64,000 bases of DNA, taken from assembly GCA_009692665.1 (NCBI GenBank), contig SHYT01000008.1, positions 14,764 through 78,763 of the forward strand, read 5' to 3'. Of the stretch, positions 38,015-47,418 are shown in pieces. Below the pieces are notes generated by a model. That model ran no database searches and was not told the DNA's origin. It saw only the letters and a program-made list of their open reading frames with translations. Each line of letters opens with the position of its first letter. Position 1 is the stretch's first letter. The translations under genes and the position numbers were made by a program. Source of the stretch: Dehalococcoidia bacterium. GTDB taxonomy: Bacteria; Chloroflexota; Dehalococcoidia; Lucifugimonadales; SHYT01.

Positions 38015-38194
38015 TGTGATTTGTAAGGTTTGCGCGTCTAAGAGTCGAGTAGGTACACTGCAAAGTCTTTCTCGAAGAAGCGCTCTGGAGCGATTTGCAA
38101 CGCGTTGTCTAGCGTATTTTCGGAGCCTGAACGGTTACCATGGCCAACTGTAGGCGGCTCGCTAACTGCCTTCATTAGAATCGCTATGTTGCAA

Positions 38195-38793
38195 TTATTG
38201 ATTGTTCGGCCTGCAGCGGATGCTCTCAATGAATGACGAAGCAATTGTTTGTTGCCGCACATTAAACGGCGCACGTGGACTCGGATTCTTCCAAATGGTG
38301 TACAGGCCCATAAAGATGGCATACATTTCCTCGGCTAATGTCCTTAGATCCAGATCTGGCCTAACAGTTCCTTCTCGAATGCCTTTTTCAATAATCCCTT
38401 GAATTCCCTTGATATGGCTGTCAACTGACTCCCAGGTGGCTGCCGCAATGGGGGAAAGATTGCTTGGCGCGGCGGCCGCGAGGACTGCAAGATAAAAGTG
38501 GCGCGTTGGAACGTTTGCGTAGGCCAGTCCGTCATGAAGTACGTAAAGCAGCCCATCAATGGCAGTCCCGTGACTCTCGGCGTATCGATGACATGCTGGA
38601 ACCGTCCACATCCTTCTTGGAACACTGCCTGGAGGATATCTATTTTGTTCTTAAAATGACGATACAGAGAACTTTGTGTTAAGCCTACCGCTCGCGCCAA
38701 ATCCCTCATCGTTAGGGCGTCGGCACCTTCAGTCGACAGGATGTGGCGAGCTGCGGCGAGGATCTCTTTCTTTCGGTCTAAAGATTTTGGCAT
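38195..38793 (-). pseudogene. TetR-family regulator split by a 1-nt frameshift
   Basis: ORF 38344-38793 encodes the HTH domain (ALTMRDLARAVGLTQSSLYRHFKNK) and then drifts into Pro/Arg-rich nonsense. ORF 38195-38611, in the -1 frame, encodes a plausible TetR C-terminal ligand domain. Together they total about 196 aa. Confidence 0.7.
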
Positions 38794-38978
38794 AACCCTC
38801 CGCCTGCCAACAATGTAAGGCTCAGCGCATAAAGAATGTAAGCTCGTCTACACTGCGGTCAAGCTACTTATTTCCCGATTTCAGAAAGTGCCAATAACGA
38901 GTAATAATTCACGTCTTAAGTTGTTCACAATAGTTTTTGCGTAGATGCAAATCTTGCTCGGGCAACTGAGCTAAATGC

Positions 38979-39022
38979 TTGACATCCGAGATCAATTGCG
39001 GTACCTTACGGCCCACCGTAAG
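38979..39022 (+). promoter_or_regulatory. Candidate promoter (TTGACA-17-TACCTT) with overlapping inverted repeat
   Basis: TTGACA at 38979-38984, a 17-nt spacer, TACCTT at 39002-39007. The IR CTTACGG-CCCA-CCGTAAG at 39005-39022 could be the TetR operator. Lies upstream of 39122. Confidence 0.3.
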
Positions 39023-39121
39023 CACTTGTGAACCACTGTTCGCCAGTGCTGGCTGTCGGCTTAGTCTCCATAATTTTGTGGACGATTCGGAAAGGTTTTG
39101 ATTTCATAGATAGGGGAGCCC

Positions 39122-40438
39122 ATGCAATCCTGGCGTGAAGAGTATGCCGGAAAGCTGGTTTCTGCTGACCAGGCAGTCGCGAAAATTGGGCCGAATCAGC
39201 GGATAGTGATCCCGATAACTGGAGAGCCGCCGGCTGTGCTCACTGCTTTGGCGAAGCACACAGCCGATTTTAAGAATGTCCAGTTGCTAATGGGTGTTCC
39301 TCGTCAGGAGTGGGAATTCTTTCGCTCTGGCGTGGGTGGGCACATTGCAGTGGGCTTCGAAAATTTCGTGGGTGCCGGTGGACGCGCGGTCGTTGAAGAG
39401 CGATTGGTCGATTACTATCCCACGCTTTTCTCGTTCCACTCCAAAATTAATGAGGAGCGCAAAGGTGAAGCTCCTCCCATAGATGTCACCACATTCGTTG
39501 TGTCCCCCCCTGATGACGAGGGGTATTGCTACTTTGGGACGAGCGTGTGGTACAAGCCGGTAATAGCGCGTTGCGCAAAGGTCATTATTGCCGAAGTACA
39601 GTCCAACGTGATTCCTACAAGAGGTGGGGGCCGTCTTCACGTCTCCGAGATCGATTGGTTCGTAGAGAACGAAGTGCCTTTCGTTTCTCGTGGAGTACCA
39701 GACGCCGATGATGTCAGCATAAAAATTGCGACATCTATTCACGGACTTATTCGCGATGGAGATACGCTTCAACTGGGTACGGGTAGAGCTGCATTAAGCA
39801 TGCCTCTCGATATCCTTCTTAAAGGGAAAAATGACCTGGGGTGGCATTCTGAGATAACTCCAGGGCCCATTGTGAAGCGGATCAAAGCAAAACAGATCAA
39901 TAGCTCGCGGAAAACCCTTAATCGCGGCATAGCGGTAACAACTCTTGTACAAAACCATGACAAAGAAGATCTTGAGTTTGTGAGGGACAACCCTGCATTC
40001 GAGGTTCGGGATTCAACCTATGTGAACAATGTGGTCACGATTGCTACTCACGACAACATGGTTGCCATGAACAGCGGTCTTGCCATCGACCTAACGGGGC
40101 AGATCGCGTCCGAGACCATCGGTGGCGCTATTTTCAATGGCATGGGCGGACAGCAAGAGTTTGTTTTCGGGGCGATGCTTTCCAAAGGGGGGCGATCGGT
40201 GCACGTGCTGCCTTCCACGGCAGGCGATGGGTTTATTTCACGTATCGTCCCCAGACTTCCTGAGGGTGAGTACGTCACCATTCCCCGGTCTTGGGCGGAC
40301 CATGTGGTCACCGAGTGGGGCGTTGCCAAACTGCTCGGCAAATCCCACCGTCAGCGCGCCGAGGCGTTGATCGAGGTTGCCCATCCAGCGTTTCGTGAAG
40401 AACTTAAGGCGGCGGCAAGGAAAATGCACTGGCCTTAA
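39122..40438 (+). CDS. Acetyl-CoA hydrolase/transferase-family CoA-transferase (4-hydroxybutyrate/succinyl-CoA:acetate type)
   Basis: 438 aa. N-terminal ...KLVSADQAVAKIGPNQRIVI, internal GTGRAAL, and SGLAIDLTGQIASE...GMGGQQEF, typical of the family. Confidence 0.8.
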   Translation: MQSWREEYAGKLVSADQAVAKIGPNQRIVIPITGEPPAVLTALAKHTADFKNVQLLMGVPRQEWEFFRSGVGGHIAVGFENFVGAGGRAVVEERLVDYYPTLFSFHSKINEERKGEAPPIDVTTFVVSPPDDEGYCYFGTSVWYKPVIARCAKVIIAEVQSNVIPTRGGGRLHVSEIDWFVENEVPFVSRGVPDADDVSIKIATSIHGLIRDGDTLQLGTGRAALSMPLDILLKGKNDLGWHSEITPGPIVKRIKAKQINSSRKTLNRGIAVTTLVQNHDKEDLEFVRDNPAFEVRDSTYVNNVVTIATHDNMVAMNSGLAIDLTGQIASETIGGAIFNGMGGQQEFVFGAMLSKGGRSVHVLPSTAGDGFISRIVPRLPEGEYVTIPRSWADHVVTEWGVAKLLGKSHRQRAEALIEVAHPAFREELKAAARKMHWP

Positions 40439-40507
40439 TGGTTCTCTAGATGGCTTCACGCGTGTCCAGAAGAGAGCGGCAAAAAGAAAAATATACGAGG
40501 AGCGGGA

Positions 40508-41530
40508 ATGAAGTTCGGCGCGTTTGGTCTATCAGGCAGCTACCAGCAGGTCATTCAGGAATCCCAGGAGGCAGAGCGCTTAGGGTTTGATGGTGTTTTC
40601 TTTGGGCAACACCACCAGACGACGGAGGCTGCTGCACGTCAGGCAGTGTTCCAGAACCGCATTGTTGGAAATTTGGTGCTCTGCACAGCAGTGGCCGCCC
40701 GAACGGAGCGGGTACACATTGGGACTGCTATTCACCTTCTTCCCCTAAGTCATCCCGTACAAGTAGCAGAGGATACCGCGGCCATTGATATTGTTTCAGG
40801 CGGCCGGTTTATCCTTGGCGTGGGCATTGGTTACCGGGAATACGACTTTGATACGTTTGGCATACCAATAGCCCAGCGTGTGTCTCGGTTTGAGGAAGGG
40901 CTGGAGATTGTGCGCCGCGCGTGGACGGAGGACTCATTCTCCTTCGTGGGCAAACGGTTCACCTTGCGAAACGTCTCGGTGCCAAAGCCAATTCAGAAGC
41001 CGCATCCTCCTCTTTGGGTAGGGCCATGGTCTATGGAAGGAGCCAAGCGCGCAGCCAGGCATGGGGCGGGCTTCATTTCTGACCCGATTCACGATACACC
41101 GTCCCTTCAGCGCATGATCACCCTGTACAAGGATCTCTCCAAGGCGCGTGGCATGAAGCCATACGTAGTCATCATGCGGGAAATGATGCTTGCTGAGAGT
41201 CAGGAAAAAGCCAAGGAACTATACATGAACTCCGTTCTGGGGACGTATCGCAACTACTGGACGCACCACGGCATCAATCCAGAGTTGGAGCCATGGGTCA
41301 AAGAAATTAAGTCACAGGAAGAAGTCACCTGGGAACGTTTGACGAAGAACGACCGTGTGTTGTACGGTTCCCCAAGCGACATTGTTAAGCAAATCAAGAA
41401 GCTCAACGACGACCTCGGAGGCATTGACTACTTAATGCCAGTGTTTATCCACCCGCCTCAGCAGGGGCATGAGAAGGCAATGGAAGCGATGAAGTTATTC
41501 GCTGAAAAGGTCATACCCAATTTCCGATAG
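40508..41530 (+). CDS. Luciferase-like (LLM) flavin-dependent oxidoreductase, subfamily B copy 1
   Basis: LGFDGVFFGQHH, IDIVSGGRFILGVGIGY and KPHPPLWVG. Paralog of 44998-46053. Confidence 0.85.
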   Translation: MKFGAFGLSGSYQQVIQESQEAERLGFDGVFFGQHHQTTEAAARQAVFQNRIVGNLVLCTAVAARTERVHIGTAIHLLPLSHPVQVAEDTAAIDIVSGGRFILGVGIGYREYDFDTFGIPIAQRVSRFEEGLEIVRRAWTEDSFSFVGKRFTLRNVSVPKPIQKPHPPLWVGPWSMEGAKRAARHGAGFISDPIHDTPSLQRMITLYKDLSKARGMKPYVVIMREMMLAESQEKAKELYMNSVLGTYRNYWTHHGINPELEPWVKEIKSQEEVTWERLTKNDRVLYGSPSDIVKQIKKLNDDLGGIDYLMPVFIHPPQQGHEKAMEAMKLFAEKVIPNFR

Positions 41531-41755
41531 GCACGGAAGAGATAAGAGAGTTGCTTCTAGCTGAAGCCAAGTTCTTCAAATTCAGATCCAAGTGGCTGGG
41601 CAGTCATCAATGTTGGTATGAAACAATTTGACATTCTTACTCAAGAAGGCATTGACCCCGCGCAACCTCTTCGGCTTCTAATGAGCCGATTCGTAGTAGA
41701 CTTGTTTCGGGAAAGCTAGCTCTGAGGCAACCAAAAATAAGAAGGGGGGGAGAAC

Positions 41756-42718
41756 ATGGTCGTCTACCACAGCCACTTTGCGAAGCCACTGGACTACCAA
41801 GATATCATCTACAAAAAGGAAGGCAAAATCGCCCGAATCATCTTCAACCGGCCGGAGAAGATGAACCCGTTGCGGCACATCCTCCGGGGCGAAACGATCC
41901 ACGCTCTCAAGGTAGCAGAGACCGACCCGGAAGTAAGTGTGATCATTATCAAGGGCAATGGGCGGTGCTTCAGCGCCGGCCACGACTTGGGCGGGGGCAA
42001 TGAGGGGTTAACCCTACCGGATGTGGGCGCCCGGTTTCCTGGCCCCGGCCAGTGGCAGCGGCATTTGGGTGCCGGATACTTCAGCGGCATCTGGGACAAC
42101 GAAAAGCCGGTCATCGCTCAGGCGCACGGCTACTGTCTAGCGGGTGCAACGGAGCTCGCATCTTTCTGCGACCTGTTCGTCGTGTCTGAAGACTGCCAGA
42201 TAGGCTACCCGCCGATGCGGGCCATGGCCGTGACGAACAACATGTGGTTCCCCTGGCACATGCACATGCGCAAGGCAAAGGAGATGTGCTTCACCGGAGA
42301 CTCCATCACGGGAACTGAAGCAGTGGAGATCGGATTGGCGAACTACGCGGTGCCTGCGGAAGAGTTGGACGCGTTCACCACCAAACTGGCGAACCGCATC
42401 GCCCTGGTCCCGAGTTCGCTGCTGGCGCTCAGCAAGCGGTCTATCAACAAGACCTACGAGATCATGGGGATGCGGGTAGCCCTCGAGGTCTCTAACGTCG
42501 TCGCCGCCCTGAATCCCTTGCGGCCGGACGCCGGCGAGTTCGCGAGGATATCCAAGGAATTTGGCCTTAAGGCTGCCTTGAACTGGCGCGACGAGAAGTT
42601 CGGCGATTACGGAACAAAGCTGGACGTCAAACAGGCCCGTGAAGCCCGCCTGAAGGACCGGAAGCCTTCCACTGTTCCGGTGAAGAACCTGAAGGGTGTG
42701 GGTGAAGAAGAAAACTAG
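41756..42718 (+). CDS. Enoyl-CoA hydratase/isomerase (crotonase fold), long form
   Basis: IIFNRPEKMNPL and IIKGNGRCFSAGHDLGGG match the fold. ATG follows GGGGGGGAG. Confidence 0.8.
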   Translation: MVVYHSHFAKPLDYQDIIYKKEGKIARIIFNRPEKMNPLRHILRGETIHALKVAETDPEVSVIIIKGNGRCFSAGHDLGGGNEGLTLPDVGARFPGPGQWQRHLGAGYFSGIWDNEKPVIAQAHGYCLAGATELASFCDLFVVSEDCQIGYPPMRAMAVTNNMWFPWHMHMRKAKEMCFTGDSITGTEAVEIGLANYAVPAEELDAFTTKLANRIALVPSSLLALSKRSINKTYEIMGMRVALEVSNVVAALNPLRPDAGEFARISKEFGLKAALNWRDEKFGDYGTKLDVKQAREARLKDRKPSTVPVKNLKGVGEEEN

Positions 42719-42726
42719 CAGACTGG

Positions 42727-42764
42727 GCAGGCTGCGGACGGAATTCCGTCCGTAGCCTGCTTTT
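42727..42764 (+). terminator. Rho-independent terminator
   Basis: GCAGGCTGCGGACGG-AATT-CCGTCCGTAGCCTGC forms a 15-bp stem with one G-U pair, followed by TTTT. Confidence 0.8.
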
Positions 42765-42914
42765 AGTGGGTAGGACGCACATATCCGGACAGCTTTTAGC
42801 GGAAACGCCGGAAAGCTTTGTAGGACATGCGCGGATAGACCGGACTTGGCGAGGAGTTGGCAGCATCAGTCCACAGAGCGTCGAAAACGCATGACGAGAG
42901 GAAAGGGAGAAATA

Positions 42915-44807
42915 ATGGTTTCACGCCTACGACGACCAGGAACTGCCCTGTTCTTAGGTGTCATCCTAATGTTGGTTTTAGCTCTAGCTTGCGCTGGAGG
43001 AAAGACGGCTGCTCCGGCAGCCCCAGCTCCAGCACCGTCTACAAGCCCGGTGGCCGCTTCAGCACCGGCAACGACTCCTGCCAAAACGGTGGGGGAGACT
43101 ACCGGTACAGTTCCAGTTCTGGCTGCGGAACTCAAGCTCGACCCGCGTTCGGATGAGCCTGGTTCCACCATGCCGCAGGAAGCCCTGAAATATCACCACA
43201 CCAAGATGCCACTATGGACGAAGGCCAAGTACGGCGGTGAGCGTGTTGGGACCGGGGGGACCTACAACATTCTGGGCCAGAACCCCTTCACCGTCTTTAG
43301 CAAGCGTAACAATTTCATGGGCATGTTCATCATGATCGACGCTGGGACGTGCAGCTCTATCGGGCGCACAGACTTTTCTGTCTGTAATGGCGTCCGCAAC
43401 AACAACCTTACAGGCGTCTTAGTGCCCGGTATCATTGAGAAATGGGACCGGCCAGATTCCCTAACTGTGGTATTTACCATCCGTCAAGGGGTTCTTTGGC
43501 CCAACCTGCCTCCTATGAACCTCCGTCCCAACCGCAATGTAACCGTGGAGGACGTGAAGTGGTACTTTGAGACGCAGAAGAAAGAGGGCGTCTACCGGGA
43601 CACCTTCACGCTGGTGGACACCTTTGAGGTCGTCGACCAGAGGACATTGCGGCTCAAGTTCTCACAGCCCCACGCTACATTCATCACCATGATGGCGAAC
43701 TACGGCCTGGGCATCATTCCCCGCGAGTGCTACGAGGACAAGGATGGATGCCTTAGTAAGCGGCTCATTTCCCCCGGCCCGTTTATCTTTGACGAAGCAA
43801 GCTACCAGCCGCGGAGTGTGGCGATTTACAAGAAGAACCCCGAGTTTTGGCTGAAGGGTCTGCCTTATCTTGATCAGCTCCGGACCATCGCTGTCTTGGA
43901 CACGAATGCAGCGCGGGCGGCGTACATCACGGGGCAGTTCGACCAGTTCCAGAACTTTTCGCCTCGAGAACGTGACGCGCTGTTGAAGCAGGTGCCAAAT
44001 TCCCAGATCCAGACGCAGTATTGCTCCTGTGGGTCGGCGCATTTCCTGTTGAGATTAGACAAGGCGCCGTACAACGACGTTCGCGTGCGCCGCGCGTTGT
44101 CCATGGGCATGGACCGGCCAAAAGCCTGGCTCGCGGCCAACGACGGCTATAACGCCATGGGTATGCCGATGGCGTTTGACTTCCTGGGGCTCGAGATGTT
44201 CGTCAGTCTGAAGACGGCAGGTCCCACCAACCAGTACAACCCGACGGAGGCAAAGCGGCTCCTTACTGAAGCCGGGTATGCCAACGGGCTTACCGTTCCT
44301 ATTATCATGGCCACTACCTGGCCCACTTCGTGGAGCAGTGCAGACCTAGTTACGTCCATCCAGGAAGACTGGAAGAAAATCGGCGTAACCCTGGACTTAA
44401 AGGTCGTCGACCCTCTACAAGATGCGGGCATGCGGCGCGACAAGAACTGGGACGGCGGGCTGTTCAGCCAGTGCTGGGACTGCAGCGCCACGGACCCGGA
44501 CAGCTACTTCTTGATGGCGTACTCCAAGAGCCCGCGTAACCTGATGGGCCTCAATGACCCGATCATTGACGACATTTACCTCAAGGCCCGCTCGGAGCTC
44601 GACCCCAAGAAGCGTGAGCAACTCTACTGGGACTTCACGAACCGCATGTATGACCAGCAGTATGGCATCCACTTTGGCAATCCAAGTGGCTTCGAGTTCT
44701 TTGCACCGTGGCTTAGAAACGCCGCGAGCCATGTGTATGCGTATGGTGGCGTCACTAACTTCAGTTCCTGGGTCATGTGGGTTGATCCTGACTTGATGAA
44801 GAAATAA
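42915..44807 (+). CDS. Lipoprotein, ABC-type family-5 solute-binding protein (SBP3)
   Basis: ATG 42915 follows AAGGGAG. Lipobox LALAC, Ala/Pro-rich tether, and a body co-linear with and highly similar to SBP1. Confidence 0.85.
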   Translation: MVSRLRRPGTALFLGVILMLVLALACAGGKTAAPAAPAPAPSTSPVAASAPATTPAKTVGETTGTVPVLAAELKLDPRSDEPGSTMPQEALKYHHTKMPLWTKAKYGGERVGTGGTYNILGQNPFTVFSKRNNFMGMFIMIDAGTCSSIGRTDFSVCNGVRNNNLTGVLVPGIIEKWDRPDSLTVVFTIRQGVLWPNLPPMNLRPNRNVTVEDVKWYFETQKKEGVYRDTFTLVDTFEVVDQRTLRLKFSQPHATFITMMANYGLGIIPRECYEDKDGCLSKRLISPGPFIFDEASYQPRSVAIYKKNPEFWLKGLPYLDQLRTIAVLDTNAARAAYITGQFDQFQNFSPRERDALLKQVPNSQIQTQYCSCGSAHFLLRLDKAPYNDVRVRRALSMGMDRPKAWLAANDGYNAMGMPMAFDFLGLEMFVSLKTAGPTNQYNPTEAKRLLTEAGYANGLTVPIIMATTWPTSWSSADLVTSIQEDWKKIGVTLDLKVVDPLQDAGMRRDKNWDGGLFSQCWDCSATDPDSYFLMAYSKSPRNLMGLNDPIIDDIYLKARSELDPKKREQLYWDFTNRMYDQQYGIHFGNPSGFEFFAPWLRNAASHVYAYGGVTNFSSWVMWVDPDLMKK

Positions 44808-44875
44808 CGGTGGCAACCAGGTAACTAAGTTCTAACAGAGGTTAGACTAGACTAGTCGGCAAGCATGAGCACCGA

Positions 44876-44921
44876 GACCCCAAGAACTGGACACGGTAGA
44901 GCATCACCAGTTCTGGGGGTC
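44876..44921 (+). promoter_or_regulatory. Intercistronic hairpin between SBP3 and LLM-B2
   Basis: GACCCCAAGAACTGG / CCAGTTCTGGGGGTC forms a 15-bp stem with one mismatch and a 16-nt loop. Confidence 0.45.
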
Positions 44922-44997
44922 GCTCGGGTCTCTTTGGTCTCAGAATGTCGGGTTCAGCAGACGACCCAACAAATTTGGAAGGGGAGATGAGCATACA

Positions 44998-46053
44998 ATG
45001 AAATTTGCACCTTTCGGCGTTGGCGGCGGCGCATTTGAGGCTGCGGCAGAGACTGCGCAATTGGTTGAGTCAATCGGATATGATGGTTTATTCTTTGGAT
45101 TCCATCACTCGCCGGACTTGCAAGCGGCGGTGGGGATTAAGAACGCGCCTCCACTTGGCGGCGGTGGCAGTGACCGGGGCGGTTCCCAGTGGCCGCGCAT
45201 CGCGGCCCTGGCTGCGCGGACCAAAACGCTCACGTTTGGCACAGGGATATTCCTCCTGCCTTTTGCGCATCCGCTCAACGTCGCGGAAGACGTCGCGACT
45301 ATTGACCACATTTCTAAAGGGCGCATCATTCTGGGCGTGGGACCCGGCTACAACAAAGCCGACTTTGATATGTTCGGCATGCCCGTCTCGAATCGGGTCT
45401 CTTTGTTTGAGGAAGGCTTAGAAGTAATCAGGCGGGCATGGACGGAAGACAAGTTTAATTTTGTCGGGAAGCGATATACCATTCGCAATGCCCGCGTTCT
45501 TCCCAAGCCGTATCAGAAGCCGCACCCACCAATTTGGGTGGGCCCGTGGAGCATGGAAGGGTTCAAGCGCGCTGCACGGCAGGGGGATGGAGTCATCACC
45601 GATCCGATGCAGGGCAAGGCGGCGCTCAAGGCATTTATCGCTGCGTACCGTGAACTGTGTCTCGCCAGAGGCAAGAAGCCGGTCGTGGCATTAATGCGCG
45701 AGATGTTGCTCGCATCTAGCAAAGAGGAAGCGCTGCAGCTCTACGGCAAGTCCATTATCGGAACCATGCAGTACTATGCCTGGGGCGGCGTCCTGAACAA
45801 AGAATATGAGCCATGGCTCAAGGACGTGAAGTCGTACGACCAGATCACGTTCCAGATGGTCAACGCCGACAATCGCCTTCTCTGGGGCTCTCCAGACGAC
45901 ATAATTGGCCAGATCCACCAGATGAATGAAGAGTTCGGTGGTATCGATTACCTCATTCCCGCATTCGTAGGCACCGGTGGCCCGGATGCCGCGAAGCACC
46001 AGCAACAAACATTGCGTCTTTTCGGCGAAAAGGTTATGCCCAAGTTCAAGTAG
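44998..46053 (+). CDS. Luciferase-like (LLM) flavin-dependent oxidoreustase, subfamily B copy 2
   Basis: IGYDGLFFGFHH, IDHISKGRIILGVGPGY and KPHPPIWVGPWSMEG. Carries a Gly-rich insertion (PPLGGGGSDRGGS) relative to copy 1. Confidence 0.85.
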   Translation: MKFAPFGVGGGAFEAAAETAQLVESIGYDGLFFGFHHSPDLQAAVGIKNAPPLGGGGSDRGGSQWPRIAALAARTKTLTFGTGIFLLPFAHPLNVAEDVATIDHISKGRIILGVGPGYNKADFDMFGMPVSNRVSLFEEGLEVIRRAWTEDKFNFVGKRYTIRNARVLPKPYQKPHPPIWVGPWSMEGFKRAARQGDGVITDPMQGKAALKAFIAAYRELCLARGKKPVVALMREMLLASSKEEALQLYGKSIIGTMQYYAWGGVLNKEYEPWLKDVKSYDQITFQMVNADNRLLWGSPDDIIGQIHQMNEEFGGIDYLIPAFVGTGGPDAAKHQQQTLRLFGEKVMPKFK

Positions 46054-46056
46054 AAA

Positions 46057-46098
46057 GGAAATGCCCGTCATGCCTCAAACGGCATGGCGGGCATTTCC
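46057..46098 (+). terminator. Terminator hairpin after LLM-B2
   Basis: GGAAATGCCCGTCATGCC / GGCATGGCGGGCATTTCC forms an 18-bp stem with one G-U pair and a 6-nt loop, directly after the stop. Confidence 0.6.
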
Positions 46099-46199
46099 AG
46101 CTAGAACTTGTAATGTGGGTTCAAGAGAACTGGGGGCAAAGGTCGCCCTGAGGCGTCGCCTGAGTACTCCCCCGTGCATTCCATTCAAGGAAGGGTACT

Positions 46200-47387
46200 A
46201 TGGATCTGACTTATCCGCCTGAAGCAGAGGCGTTCCGCCAAGAGGTGATAGCCTGGCTACAGGCCAACTTGCCGTCAGGATGGGGCACCCCTCAATTCAA
46301 GCTGCCTGGCGACCCTAAGCAGCGGCGCGCATGGCATGTTGACTGGCACAGGAAGATGCATGCGGCTGGCTACGTCGGCCTGACGTGGCCCAAAGAATAC
46401 GGCGGCCAAGGCGCCGATCCTGTGATGAGTATGATGCTCAATGAGGAATTGACTCGGTTCGAGGCTCCGCAAGGGGCCAACGCGCTTGGCACGCGTATCG
46501 TTGGGCCAACCATCATCCAGTTTGGCAATGAAGAGCAGAAACGGGCCCACCTGTCCAAGATTCTGAGTGGCGAGGAAATGTGGTGTTTAGGAATGTCTGA
46601 GCCCGGCGCAGGCTCAGACCTCGCCTCCCTGCAGACCCGTGCCGTTGAAGAAGGTGATTTCTTTGTCGTCAACGGCCAAAAAGTGTGGACGTCTTCTGCC
46701 CACCTGGCAAATTACATTTACCTGTTGGTGCGGACGGATCCCACCGCTGAAAAACATCGGGGCATCAGCGTCCTGCTTGTTGACATGAAGACCCCAGGCA
46801 TCGTCGTGCGGCCGCTCAAGCAAATTACTGGCGAATCCGAATTCAATGAGGTCTTCCTCCAGGACGTTCGTGTCCCGCGCAGCAATCTCCTGGGCGAAAA
46901 GAACCAGGGGTGGCGCGTGATTATGGGTCAGTTAGGGTATGAGCGCTCCGGTGGTTCGCGTGGCATGAACTGCCAGCGGGCTTTAGAGGATTTGGTGCGG
47001 TTGGCAAGGAACACATATCGCAATGGCAAGCCAGCCAGTGAGGACCCAATCATCCGCAGAAAACTTGCTCAGCTTGCCATCGAGGTCAATATCGTTCGAC
47101 TAACTGATTACAAGGAGATGACCATCCAACTACAGGGAGGGCGCCCTGGCCCTGAGACATCCTTCGGCAAGCTGTTTTGGAGTGAGCTGAACCAGCGGCT
47201 CTCATCGGTAGGGGTGCAAATCTTGGGCTTAGAGGGTACTCTTAGCAAGCAATCCTCTGACGTAGTCAAGAACGGCGAATATCTTTACGCTTTTCTCCGT
47301 GCATATGGGAACACTATTGAAATGGGCACTTCGGAGATTCAGCGGAACATTATCGGGGAACGAGTATTAGGGCTGCCCCGCGGTTAA
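46200..47387 (+). CDS. Acyl-CoA dehydrogenase (FadE-type; C-terminus IEMGTSEIQRNIIGERVLGLP)
   Basis: ACAD N, middle and C domains are recognisable (GLTWPKEYGGQG, MSEPGAGSDLASL, GTSEIQRNII). Confidence 0.85.
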   Translation: MDLTYPPEAEAFRQEVIAWLQANLPSGWGTPQFKLPGDPKQRRAWHVDWHRKMHAAGYVGLTWPKEYGGQGADPVMSMMLNEELTRFEAPQGANALGTRIVGPTIIQFGNEEQKRAHLSKILSGEEMWCLGMSEPGAGSDLASLQTRAVEEGDFFVVNGQKVWTSSAHLANYIYLLVRTDPTAEKHRGISVLLVDMKTPGIVVRPLKQITGESEFNEVFLQDVRVPRSNLLGEKNQGWRVIMGQLGYERSGGSRGMNCQRALEDLVRLARNTYRNGKPASEDPIIRRKLAQLAIEVNIVRLTDYKEMTIQLQGGRPGPETSFGKLFWSELNQRLSSVGVQILGLEGTLSKQSSDVVKNGEYLYAFLRAYGNTIEMGTSEIQRNIIGERVLGLPRG

Positions 47388-47418
47388 GGCGCACTCTTTC
47401 TCAGGAAGGCCGACTACC

